Below are positions 20,869 through 40,194 of a stretch of 64,000 nt of DNA, in pieces (the stretch's first letter is position 1; every line of letters begins with the position of its first letter). Origin of the DNA: Antechinus flavipes (taxonomy: Eukaryota); assembly GCF_016432865.1 (NCBI RefSeq), contig NC_067401.1, forward strand, positions 190,030,001 through 190,094,000, given 5' to 3'. Below the pieces are notes generated by a model. It had not been told where the DNA came from, searched no databases, and was given only the letters and a program-made list of their open reading frames with translations. The position numbers and the translations under genes are program-made.

Positions 20869-22723
20869 ATGGTCCTAGTCCTGGGACTTTTGCTGCTGCT
20901 CGCAGGGACTGGAGGGAACCTGGACGGTGAGTGGAGGTGGGGTGGGAAGTGAATGGGAAAGGGGAAGAGAAACAAGGACTGGGGTGGGGGGGGGGCAGAG
21001 GGGAGGTGATATGGGATCGGACCTTGAATCCTAGGAAAAATCCAAGAATGGGGGAGGAGAGAGGAAGGGATGCCTGGATTCTCCAGGAAGACGAGCTTTC
21101 AGAACAAAGGCTGGTGATAGAAGGTGGGACTCAGAATCCCCCCTTATCCCAACTCTCCGCAGTTCTTCTGGAAGGACGCCCTGGAGATCGGGTGAGTATT
21201 TCTTGCACTGGGATCTCTCAGGCGACCCGCTGGGTTTGGGCTCCTACCTACCCAGGCTGTATAGGCTTGTCTCCGGGTCGCCGCCCGGTGGTCTGGGCCT
21301 CCCCCCCAGCAAATCTCACCCGAGCTTCCACCTCGCGCTTTGCTGGTCGTCTGCGTGTGGTGAGCCCCAGTGGCATTCAGCAGCTGGAGCTGCTCCTCGC
21401 TAGAGGAGACTCGGGGACCTTCTTCTGTTTGGGAACTGGCGGCCGCCAGGGCAATGAGAGTCGGACCTGCCTCACAGTGCTGGGGGACAAGGCTGCTTGC
21501 AGAGCCTCCAGGCCCACCTCGGGTGAGTTGGGAAAGGCTGGCCATGCTCTGCAGTTGTTAGAACAGGCCGAACTTCTCCCATGGGGGTAATACTATTGTA
21601 TCTCCTGCGCTTTGCACAGGGTCGGGCACCTAATAATTTGTGTAATGAATGGATGGAGATGGAAGTGGTCCTGCTGTGTGTTGGTTGAGTTCCTTGTAAA
21701 GAGGACTCTAAGTGCTCCCTTCTGACTCTGCTCCCCTCTTTAGGATCCTCGTACCCTCTGTTCCTGTACCCTCTGCTGGGCATCGGGTTGGCTTTGGGGC
21801 TGACAGGGCTGGGGATGGCTTGGAGACTTCGTCAGTAAGTGCCAGGAAGCAGAAGATGGGGGATGGAAAGAAGGGGAAGGGGTAACTGGGATCGGAGATG
21901 AAGACATAAAAAACTGAGGAGCGGGGGTTACCCAGTGTGAGAGTGGAACTGATTTCTGGGTGGGTGTGGAGAAAAGGGAGGCATGAAAATCTGAGTGGCG
22001 TGCCAAAGGCTAATAAAGCCTGGCTGGAAGTGGGAGGAAGAGCTAAGGGGCCAGCTCTGACCAACCAGTGAGGCATTTATTAAGTGCCTACTGAGTGTTA
22101 GGCACAGAGAAGACTATGTGGTTGGAGGAAGTGACAGGCTGGATAGTAGGAGTCTTGGTTTTCTAATTTTGTGCAAGAAACTTAAAGAGATGGCTGGGGC
22201 TTCCGTTAGCTAAAGATAAGAGAGTACAAATTTGGTCAGAGCCCCTAATTTCCCTCTCTAACCCATTCTAGGAAACTCCCTTCCGGGCTAGTCAGAACCA
22301 ACCCAGCACGTGGTGAGAATAGCTCCTCTCCCCAGCTCCATTCTGTGACTGGACATGTGCCCTCTTCCCATCCCTCAGCTCTGCACCCGTTCCCCAAAAC
22401 AAAAGATCCATCTATGGACACTGAGATCCAGAGTCGATGGAAAAAAGAGACTCGGGAAACAGAGAACTTGGAGGATGAAAAGGTAAGAACTGGAGGGAGG
22501 AGGGAGCTGGAGAAAAAAAGGGAATGCATGGAAACGGTCTATTGCCTGAGTCCCCAGGGATACAATAGTCCTGGACTACATGGTGGATCCCTATTCTGCA
22601 TCCTGTCTTCTTTTCCCATTTTTCCAGAGCCTTCTCTACGCTGATCTGGAGCACATTCCTCTCAGAAATCCTAAAAACACCATCCCCAAGGACACCGGCA
22701 CCATCTATGCTATAGTGGTTTGA
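20869..22723 (+). CDS. MPIG6B: Megakaryocyte and platelet inhibitory receptor G6b-B, 6 coding exons, 249 aa
   Basis: Exons 20869-20926, 21163-21522, 21744-21834, 22272-22312, 22379-22482, 22628-22723; all GT-AG, 750 nt in frame. Signal peptide MVLVLGLLLLLAG; IgV domain LEGRPGDRVSISC..WVWAP..GDSGTFFC; transmembrane exon YPLFLYPLLGIGLALGL; ITIM LLYADL and ITSM TIYAIV at the C-terminus, as in human G6b-B. Confidence 0.95.
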
Positions 22724-23190
22724 AAAGAGCTTATCCCATAGCTTGCATTGTGATCCTCCTGACCTTCCTTCCCACGGCCACGTTCTCACTCCCAACGAGT
22801 CATCGGAAGCTAATTCTGAGCCCATCTGGGCCTTGGATACTCTCTGCTCCCTACAACTACTGAAAATAGACCTGAATTCTAAATCTCACCCTTTCCCCTC
22901 TGGGCCTCCCGCCCCTCCCCACATTGTGCTGTTCCACTCTCATGGCGCCAGACAGAACAAGACCAATTCACCAGCGCCCAAATCCACCTTCCCTAATCAA
23001 ACACTAACACACAGTGAAGCCTAAAAGGTTAGTTCCATTTTATTATCAGGGATCCGATCTGTTCCCCCTTCCCCACCCCAAACCCTGGTTCCTACCCCAC
23101 ACCTAGCTTCTTCTACTTCTCATCCCACAGGTAAACTCATCTTTCCTTTTCTATTCTTCCTACTTCACTGATTCCACATTTGGAGATCTC

Positions 23191-24885
<1,695 letters not shown>

Positions 24886-26614
24886 CCCAGCCACACACCT
24901 TGGCTGTCTCTCTTTTTTCCTTTTACTTTTTCACCTGCCAAAAGGGAGAGCCAATAGACTGAGATAAGCAAGGAAAGGGTAGGGGTTTAAGGATTCCTCA
25001 ATATCCAACTATCCCCTCTTGGTTTCTATCTGTCGACAATTTTAATTCCTTTTTGAATCCAATAGAGCCTGCACTGGGGAGAAAACTGGGACCTCCTACA
25101 CGCTCCCCCCAAAACCACCTGTAGTCCCTTCAATGACCAACTCCGACTTCCCACCCCACAGCCCTCCCCACCCCACCCCACCCCCACTCCTGTGCCTCTC
25201 CATTAGCCTCTTCGCGACCAGTCACCGCTAGGATGCGCTCACTGCCTAAATATGAGACGAACTCACCCCCTTAACCCTTCGTTATTAGTAGTCGATAAAG
25301 GACTCCCGGGTCAGATGCTTGAGACTCCGAGGGGAAGCAAAGGCTGTTCGGGAGGAAGGAGGAAAGAAAGGCAGGAGATGGATTGGAAGCCTCGCTCCTT
25401 AAAGGAAGCGAGGAAGACTACGGAATCCAGCCGGATTCATGCAACCTTTAGTGCACCCAGTATAAAATCAGGCGAAGTCTCACGGGACTGGGAGAGGTCT
25501 GGAGTGAAACTATAAGGACCAGAGAAAAGGGGGAGGGCATCATTTTAGACAATGAGAGTACTCCCCTTGATCGCTACCCTCAACAAATTTTCTCAATAGA
25601 ATCCTATCTTCCCAGTCCTGAGAATTCAGGCGTTTGATCTCCCCACCCTGCTTACTTTTAAGGTGCCAAGGGTTAGACTCCTCTACCGCTCATCTCTCAG
25701 CACTCCAGACATCTGCTTCCTACCTCTGGACCACAAATCACAAGCTGTCTGCACTTGCTCTCTCCTTCCCCCGCCTGGACCCCTTCTCCCCCGCCCTGCT
25801 CCCCTATCATAAAGTCACTCACCGCTGGCTGTCTCACCCCGCCCCTTCCCCTTGGAGATCAGTGTTCGGGGGCCCCTCAACTCCCGGGTAAGGGGGTGGG
25901 GGAGGGGAATCCCAGTCTGTAGGCCTTGGGAGGGGCTGGGGCCCAGGACTGGGGTGAGGGTCCTTGGACTGGCGGCTTCAGGGTATTGTCTGATCCGATA
26001 CGGGCTGGACTTCCAGAGGCCCCGCCCCTCTAGACCACATCCACTCCTTTGGGGCTTCCTACACTACAGCGTATGGCCACACCCCTTCCCTTCCAGGATT
26101 TCTTCTTTCCCCCTGGTGTAGTTCTCCTCAAATTCTTGAAGATTTGGGACGTCATCCTTCATCCCAGCCTTCCTCAAGCTCCCTATTACGTCGAACACTC
26201 GATTGAAAATACAACTTTTGGCTCTCTCTGCTTTCACTTCAAAATACTCTTCGGGGAACTTGAGGGCTCTGCTTCCCAACTCTCATAACATCTGATCCCA
26301 CTTCTACAATCTCCCTTAATGCTTCCGATTCATCTGTCCTCTCCAATCAGACCCTGGCTTCCAACCTCCCAATACTCAGGATAAGAACATACTATTTTCA
26401 TTTGTTTTATTTATGAAATGTTTTCATCCTAACCCCTTCAAAAAAAAATCCCCCCCATTTTCCTCCCCATCCTGTTCCCAACAATCTTCCCTACCCTTCT
26501 GTGCTTTATTTCAAAATTCTGTGCTCAGTGGCCATCTAGAAATGTGTTCATTGAGAAGCTTTATCAAGTCATTTGTGAAAGAAGTAGGATAGAAGAAAGA
26601 AGTTTTGTCCACGG

Positions 26615-32186
<5,572 letters not shown>

Positions 32187-32419
32187 GGCTACGACTGCGA
32201 CCAGGAAGCAGTAGGCACGGGGGGAACTGGGTGGGGCCGGAGTTGAGGGAAGGTGGGTTGTGAAGTTTCAGAAGCTTTCCCCACAGATGTCCTGGGACTT
32301 CTCCTCGTTGCTCACCAACAAAACACAAACACACACACTTAGACACTCCAGCTAGGTCCTGATTCTTCCCCCACCCCCACTCCCACTCCCACCCCCCATT
32401 CACCCCTAGCTCCTCCTCT

Positions 32420-32480
32420 ACCTTTCCTCCGCCCAGGCTAGAGTTATGAGCTGATGACTCACCAACCAATCCAGCCCAAG
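32420..32480 (-). promoter_or_regulatory. CLIC1 proximal promoter motifs
   Basis: GC box CTCCGCCC (~32427), AP-1 TGACTCA (32455-32461) and a CCAAT-like site, about 250-290 bp upstream of the ATG. Confidence 0.45.
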
Positions 32481-34829
32481 AGAAGTAGGGAGGACTCCTG
32501 GATCCTGGAAATGGAGAGGAAGGGTAATCCAGCTCCCAGAGAAAGTCCTGATTAGGGGAAGGGGAGAATAGGACTAGTTATCTGGAGCTCTTTCAATCTT
32601 CTAGTCTCCCTTAGACTCCTTCCTTTTTGTCTTATTTCCAATGATTGTTGACTCCTGTTTTTCCTCTACTCCATACATGCAACCTGACACCTTGAATTAA
32701 GGAGCCTTGAGAACCTGGGTAGAAGTATTTTAGGGGGCGAAAAAAGACCTTCTTTCCAGCCCCATCCAAAGGGGAAGATCCCCTCAAAACTCCCATCCTC
32801 TCTCTCCAGCCCTTCTCTGAAGCTCATTCTTTGTTGACTGTTTAGGGAGAAAGTGATGGAGTTGGGGGAGGTATATAATTGCTTGAGTTATAAAAATGTA
32901 CCTGAACCCTGAGGTTTACTCTACTGGTTCCACACTAAATCAAACCAAAAGTTAGACAGATGAGGTGACAAAACTTAATAGTGAAGAACTTAAATTACTT
33001 TCCATTACCACACTACTGAGATACTCGGGGAAGAGGTGGGAAGGTGATGGTTAAGTTTTCATTGTTCAGTATTTCACAGTATTTCCACAGAACCAGTCTC
33101 CCAGCTACCATCCCTAGATCTTGAACGTCTCTTCTCTCTCTACTTTCCTAGTATTAATCCTGTTATTCCGTATTCCTTCACTAATCAGTGCCTTTCCTTC
33201 CGAAACAGAGAAGCTCACTCCAGGGAGAAAGAAAAGGATTAGAAGAAGCAGATGAAATTTCATGGACAAGGAGAAATGAGGACGTAGTAGGAAAAAAAAC
33301 CTAACAGTTGGTGGTTTCCTCTTTGGTTTAAAGACGTTTCTCTCTACCTAGATAGCACTAATAGCCTTCACCAACTAGAAAGTGTCCCTGGTTTGGAATG
33401 TTCTAGAGGCACAGGAACAACCACACTGTTTTTAGAGTGTGTTTTAGGCTGTTTATGGATGATTCCCAAAGCTCAAACTTCTTTCCCACGAAGAAGGTGG
33501 AAGTAGTTGTTGTTTACATTTTATTTGGCTTTAAATGTGACCCTAGTTAGGGACAATAAGGGAGTGAGTGGCAAAAGAATGGATTTTGTACTAAAATAGA
33601 TACTATTGTACCTGTATTGTACTAAATTGTACTTCCTATTGCAGCTTCTTCCATCTCCCTCTCCCCATACTAGCCTCTCAACTAGTAAAGCAGCTTTAGC
33701 TGTCTTTATTATCAATAACTGTTTTTAGCCTGCAACCCTGTGCTACTAAACTTCTCCCCAATTGTTAGGGTACTGCCACCTTTTCCTTAGGGCATCCATC
33801 AAAGTTCCATGGATTTGATAGGGGGTTTCATCTCTGAATTAGGCCATCAGAGACAAATCCCATTCTCTACCTTTCTGGACACATTTTGTCTCTTGTTCCC
33901 ACTTCCTTTTTTCATTTTTTTCCTCTATCTCCCTCTATCTCTGTCTATCCATTTCTCTCCTCTCTGTTTCTCACACACACACACACACACACATATACAC
34001 AGACACATCCTCCTTGAGCACATATTCAAAAAAATTTTCTTCCCATTCTTCCCTTAATCTTCTCTCAGTTTCTATTCCTTTGCCTTTCCTTACCTTTCTA
34101 TAAATCTGCTCTAGTTTCTGTAAACCAGTCCACAATCTATTCTCACCCTGATTTGAGTTAATCTGCTACAGTGTGGCCCTCTGCCCATCCCCCCATTTGA
34201 CACTCCCTAACTCTAGTATCCTCCTCCCATGTATTTCCACATTCCACTTCCACATTCTTATTATTGCTCCATAACTCACCCAAGTCTCCCCACTCCTACC
34301 TCTGTTCCAACCACTAGTCTTTTAATTGTGGTTACCCAAATCCTTACCCTCTCCCCAATTCCCATCCCTCCTGTAGGGTTCATTTCTGTTAACTACTTTT
34401 TTAAAATTAATTTTTATTAATATCTTTTATTTTTACATCATCAAAATTTCTCCTATTATCTCTCACCAACCCCTTTCCAGAAAGCTATCTCATATAACAT
34501 ATATTTTTGAAATAAAGAGAAAGAGACAAAAAATTCAGCAAAACTGATAATACATTGAAAAGATCTGAAAGCATGTTTATTTTTTGTACTTTTGCAACAT
34601 TCACTTTTGAGAATTTTTTTCCATTTATATTATTATAATCATTATATATATTGTTCCATCAAACTAGATTTACTTTACTCTTCATCAGATCATCCAGTCT
34701 TTTGACTATCCACCTGTTGACATAACAAAAAAGAGGAAGGGGACTTTGGGAGGTACATAACCAGGCAGATATTTAACCAGGAGCTTTCCAAAAAGTACTA
34801 TGTATAATCTGCATTATGAACATTTTCTC

Positions 34830-35138
34830 CACCAAGAAGAAGACTTCTCTTAAGTTTTCATAGCCAACAATATAATAAAGCATAAGTTTAAATCAATAAT
34901 TAAAAGACCAAATCAATAAAAATAAATTATTTATATTAATTGCAAATTTCTAAGTTGTAAATACTAATACTAAAAATTAACAGTCCACTAAGAAGAAGAC
35001 TTCTCTTAAGTCTTCATAGCCAACAATATAATAAAGCAGTAAGTTTAAATCAATAATTAAAAGACCAAATCAATAAAAATAATTTATATTAATTGCAAAT
35101 TTCTAAGTTGTAAATACTAATACTAAAAATTAACAGTC
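34830..35138. repeat. Tandem duplication, two ~155-bp AT-rich units
   Basis: Unit 1 is 34830-34985 and unit 2 is 34986-35138; they differ by a few substitutions and small indels. Confidence 0.95.
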
Positions 35139-36449
35139 AACACTTTCCAGCTAATACAGTCTGTCTCCAACATACTAGTATATCCTACTCAGGAAGTAAG
35201 GTAGACATTTTGAGGAGTTTCTGGGAGCAGTAGAAGGTGCTTTCCTAGGAGAATAGAAAAGTGGCTCCACTTTACAGTTTAGCCTTAAGGTTGTCTTCAA
35301 ATGAAGAGGTGTAGGGTATGTCCTCTGTGTTGGAAAGAAACATTATGTAAGGGGTAAAAATAGGAAACAAGTTACCTTTATGACCCATCTCACTTTGTCA
35401 GTCAGAGGGAAATGATCATGCTTTTGGAATTTAGCTGTCTTTTGTAAAGACAGGTTTGGCCCTAAAGCAGAGAAAATTCCCATCTGTCTCTTCTTCTTCA
35501 AAGAGTTTGGGAATATGGCCTATAGCATCAAACTTGATAGAGGGGCTAGTTTTGCTGAATTACTTTTAAAAAACATATTTCTTTTAAGTTAAAAAAGTAA
35601 TTAAATTTCTTCTGTTATAATGGATGGTTCTCTGGGTAGCAGAGAGGAGAGATATACTTGGACATAATAAAAAGAATGAGAAATTCATTTCTAAAGTAAA
35701 ATTAATATTGTAACAAAAAAACTAAAATTATACATCCTTTTTATTTTTATGTTGTTCTTTATCTTTATTCTATTGTCTTTTTTAAATTAAGAAGTATTTA
35801 TTTTTTCTCTCACTGATTAGGAAAAATAAAAACCTTATCACAAATATACATTGTCAAGCAAAAAAAAAAATTTCCAGGTCTAAAACTGTATGTCTCATTC
35901 TGAGTATTTTGAGTCCATCATTTCTTTGTTAAGAGGCAGGAAATGTCTTTGAATGCTTCACTTATCAGTGATAATGCTCTTAAATTAGTCATTGCTTTGA
36001 TCAGAGTTAAGTCTTTAAAAATTGTTCGTTTTTACAGTATTGTTCTTTTATAAATCGTTTTCCTGGTCCTGACTTTGCTCAGCCATTTGATGGGCACTCC
36101 CTTAGTTCGCAGTTCTTTGCCACTACAAGTACTTTTTGCACAGAGAGCCTTTTCTTTATTTGATCTCTTGGGACACAGACCTTATTTACATGGATATTGG
36201 CTGGGTCAAAAATTATGCATAGTTCAATGACTGGATACATCTGCTTTTTATGTCAAGATGAACAGATTTTAAAATAAACTCAGAATTCACGTAATCATTA
36301 TTACTTAATTAGCACGTATTGTTTATTTGCCATTGAATCTTCTTCCCTTCCCAGGAGCCTTTGCCTCTTTAAGAATCTCCCCCTCCTCTACCCTCCCCAG
36401 CTCTCCGGCTCATCCTCCACTCCAAGTCCAAACAACTCCCTTCCCCCTT

Positions 36450-36960
36450 CCCTTCAACTCGAAAAGGCGGGAAGTTTGAAAGCAGAGCTCGACCCCTGAG
36501 TGAAGATCCTCCAATAAGCTTTCGGAATTGAGTCACGCGCCTTCATCTGCTTTGCCCAGAAAGCGAATCCGACCTTTCTCCTAGACTCAGAGCGCTTCCG
36601 GCCAGACTCACCCCACCCTCCTTCCCCCGCCTTTCCGGGGTGCGCGTGCGCAGTGGAAGTGAGCGCCCCTCCTTCCTTTCTTTCCACACTTCGGGTCTCT
36701 TCCCCTTCTCTCGCAGACTGTGGGTGTGGTCGATGTCCAGAGGAAGAGCCCGGAGAACCCGTTTTAGCGGGTTTAGTAAAACTGATTTGGGGCCTCCCCA
36801 CGAGTTGATTTACTTTATTTAGTTCCCTAGCTTTTCTCATCCCCTCCCCGCCCCCAACTCTCGAAGTGGAAAAAAAAAAAAAGGCAAATTCCAAACTCTC
36901 CTGGCCCGGGCGGAGCTAGTGCCCCTCCTAGAGCGCCCCCGCCTTGTATCGTATGTCATT
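36450..36960. promoter_or_regulatory. CpG-rich promoter region of MSH5
   Basis: Locally high CpG content, an NRF1-type palindrome TGCGCGTGCGCA at 36641-36652 and GC boxes. It lies about 0.5 kb upstream of the acceptor (37284) of the first coding exon. Confidence 0.7.
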
Positions 36961-37306
36961 TTCCACAATCTTCCTCCAAGAAAGTCTACCCAAACCTACC
37001 GTGCATTAGTGGCCACAGGCTATGGAGTCCGAAGACTTGCTGTGTGATCCTGGGCAAGTCAATCAATTACTCTGGTCCTCGAGTTCTTTCTTCACCTATG
37101 AAATTGAGGAGGATGAGCTAGATTAGCACTTAAATTGTCTTTTATCTTGAAATTTAGGATCCTCCATTCGCTGATTCAACATTTTTATATGTGGGGATTC
37201 TGCCCCAGGTTGAGCATGGGGGAAGGGCTGGGGTTAGGTGAAGAAAAGGAAAACTCAGGCTGGCATTTTTTTTTCTTTTTCTAGACCCCTGGGGTCCCCA
37301 AGTGCC

Positions 37307-40163
37307 ATGGCTTTCTTGGGAGCCCAAACCAGTGCCATCCTCCAAGATCAGGGAGCAGAAGCGCCTACTCTCCTCTGCCCTTCAGTTCTAGTGCAGGATG
37401 GAGAGGGCGAAGAGGAAGAACAAACAGAGGTGTTGGGGGGGGAAGGAGGACCCCAAAGGGGGTCAGCAAGGGACCAGGGGCCCCACTGGAGAGGTGGGGA
37501 TGGCAGGAGTGGTTTGGAAATGACAATGGTTACTTCTCCGACAGACTTACTTGTGTGTGCTGTGGCATTCTGGATGCCTGGGCTTAGCCTACTATGACAG
37601 TGCTGACTCCACCATCTATTTCTTGCCAGACACCCCTGACTGTGATCACCTTAAACTTCTCCAGAGAGGTGAGAACAGTCCTCAGGAGTACCAGGACTAC
37701 ACCCGTACTCATGAACACAAGATAATATCTGCCCCTAATTCATTCTATTCAGTCCTTAAAGCTCATTTTAAGCAATCTCCAGGAATGAGCTCCACCCTGA
37801 TGACTTTATTGCCTTTCCTCCCCACGCTCCCAGTTCCTGGCAGTCCCGTCCAGGTCCCAACATCAAGTCGCCTCTTGGGGTGACAAGATTGAGTGCTTTG
37901 GCAGAGAATGGGAGGTCTTCTAAGTTGCACTTAACCAAGTCTGTTTTCTCCTGTCAAGTTGTGGATGAAATCCACCCAAGATCCATCATCACAAGTGCCA
38001 AGCAGGATGAGAACATGGCTCGTTTTCTAGGGGGCCTGGGTGAGGGCTTGAGGGAGAACTTTGTATATGGTGTCTTGTGAGTGTATGAATGTATTTGATG
38101 TCTAGGAGAGTAGGTGTCAGCTAGAAATTTTGGGGGAGGACTAGCAATATCTGGAAGAGGGCTGGGAGACAACTAGATATATCTAGGAAGGGCTGACAGA
38201 ATCTTGGGGGAGGCTAAAGATGTCTGGTCAAGACTAAAGGGAAAGAGATAAACTGGGGGCCTCAAGCTAAAGCTATCCTTCTTTGCTTCTCCTGCAGTCT
38301 CACCTGAGCACAAGGAACTGGGGAGCCCTGAAACTGTATTGTTGCCCCGTGTGGATTTTGGTATCAACCCACCCATAACTTTTATCCTGACTCAATAGTC
38401 CCATTCCTCACTCTCATTCTTTAACTTTTCTTATACTTTATCACCATCACCAAGGGTACCTACCTCCTTCCCCCAACTCCAGCCCTAAAATGAAAGCATT
38501 AGACTAAATGATCTCTAAACACACTACTAGTTCTGATATTCTGTGATTTGTATCTTCAACTACCCTATTTCCACAGGTCTAGAAATCAGCAAACAGCGCA
38601 TCCTCTCTGGTAACTTTTCCTTCATCCCAGAATCCTTGACATGTACTGAGAAAATCCTCTTCCTCTCTTCCATCATCCCATTCGATTGTCCTCTCATGGT
38701 TAGAACGGTTTTTGAGGGTGGCAGAAGGGAAAGTTGGTCTGGGAGAAAGAAAACTGCCCCAGAGCTGATCAGAGGCCATGGCTGATGGGTGATCCTAAAA
38801 AGCTCCTATTTAGGTTCTATGATACCATCCATGACTTCAGAGGGACTTGACACATCTCTCCCCTTGCCCTTGCCTTTGCCCTTGGCCCTCTTATCACTAG
38901 ATACAAGCTCTAGGAGGATTGCTCAAGTTTCTGAATCGGAGAAGAGTCAGCGTGGAACTGGAAGACGGTAGTGTCAATGTCCCAATTCTAGGCTTCAAGA
39001 AATTTGTCTTGTAGGTAACCCAATGTGGGGGTGGAGGGAGAGGAAGAGAGAATAAGACTAGGGGAAGGTAATAGAAGTCAGAGAATGGCAAGGAATCTTA
39101 GAAACCACCAGTACTGATTTATACGTGAGTGAGTGAATGAGCAGAAATCCCATGCACAACATCCTCTCCTGACAATAGATCATCCAGCTTTTATTTGAAG
39201 TGATAGGGAATTCATTATTTCATGAAGCAGCCTTTTCCACTTTCCTATAGTTTCTAATTTTTTAGAAGTTTTTCCATATAGATTTTGAGGATAACAACAC
39301 AAGGTCAACATAGAGGACACAGATGATCAAAAGCTAAGATGACTTTGGGAATAACAGGAGTCTCTCCAATGTTACTTGCCTTTTTGTTTTGTCTCCTATC
39401 CTCAGAGCAGATCTCGTGAGCATAGACCAGGATACTTATAGGTGAGGTGATAAGAGACAGAAGGGTCTTAAGAGAAGGTAAAAAGGAGGATTAAATCCCT
39501 AATGCTCTAAAAAGCCTAATGATGCATCTTCTCTAATCCTAGATTTATCTGGAAAAGAGAGCAGAATGGATGGGATTAGGGGAAACAGATGTATATCAAT
39601 TTTATAAAAGGGAAAGGCAATTGAGGGAAAAATTTATTTCTAGATCCCAAGATTGTGTATCTCACCCCCACCTAAAAAGATTCTTCACCCATTTAGGTCA
39701 TGTCATCTGGATTCCTAGATTATACCTTCCTTTTCCCTCTCTCCCCCAATTGTTCCCCATAGTGTCCTGCAAATATTTAAGAGTGAGACCCATCCATCGG
39801 TGTACAAAGTGGCCAGTGGACTGAAGGAGGGGCTCAGCCTGTTTGGTAGGTGGCAAATCCTCCACTGTCCCAGAAAATGCAGGGCATTCATTCTCTTTCC
39901 CCACAAAGGCTTTATCTGCTTTATGCATTTGTGCACACATCAGCTAGTGCTAGCTATTTCACTCATTATGTTTCTGTCAGTTTTTGGGTCCCCTTTGATA
40001 GAGCTTTTCTATTATTAATAATCTTGGGATTTTATTTTTCTTTGATGGAGAGAATCAGTGTCATTGATTTATATATTCCTTTTCTTCATTATCTTTGTTT
40101 CTTTTATAGGTTCTGACTTTTCTTTTGTCCTGATTTACACTTTTACCCATGTTTCTCTCTCTC

Positions 40164-40194
<31 letters not shown>

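Noticed and set aside
20931-21590. 219-aa single-exon ORF
   Set aside because: Only 21163-21522 is exon (the G6b Ig domain); the rest is read-through of open intron sequence.
26064-26279. 71-aa minus-strand ORF between CLIC1 and DDAH2
   Set aside because: No recognisable motif or splice context; it lies in the DDAH2 upstream/CLIC1 downstream regulatory zone.
33300-36400. Hidden gene in the AT-rich CLIC1-MSH5 gap
   Set aside because: Only short low-complexity ORFs, old repeat remnants and the tandem duplication were seen; there is no coherent exon chain.
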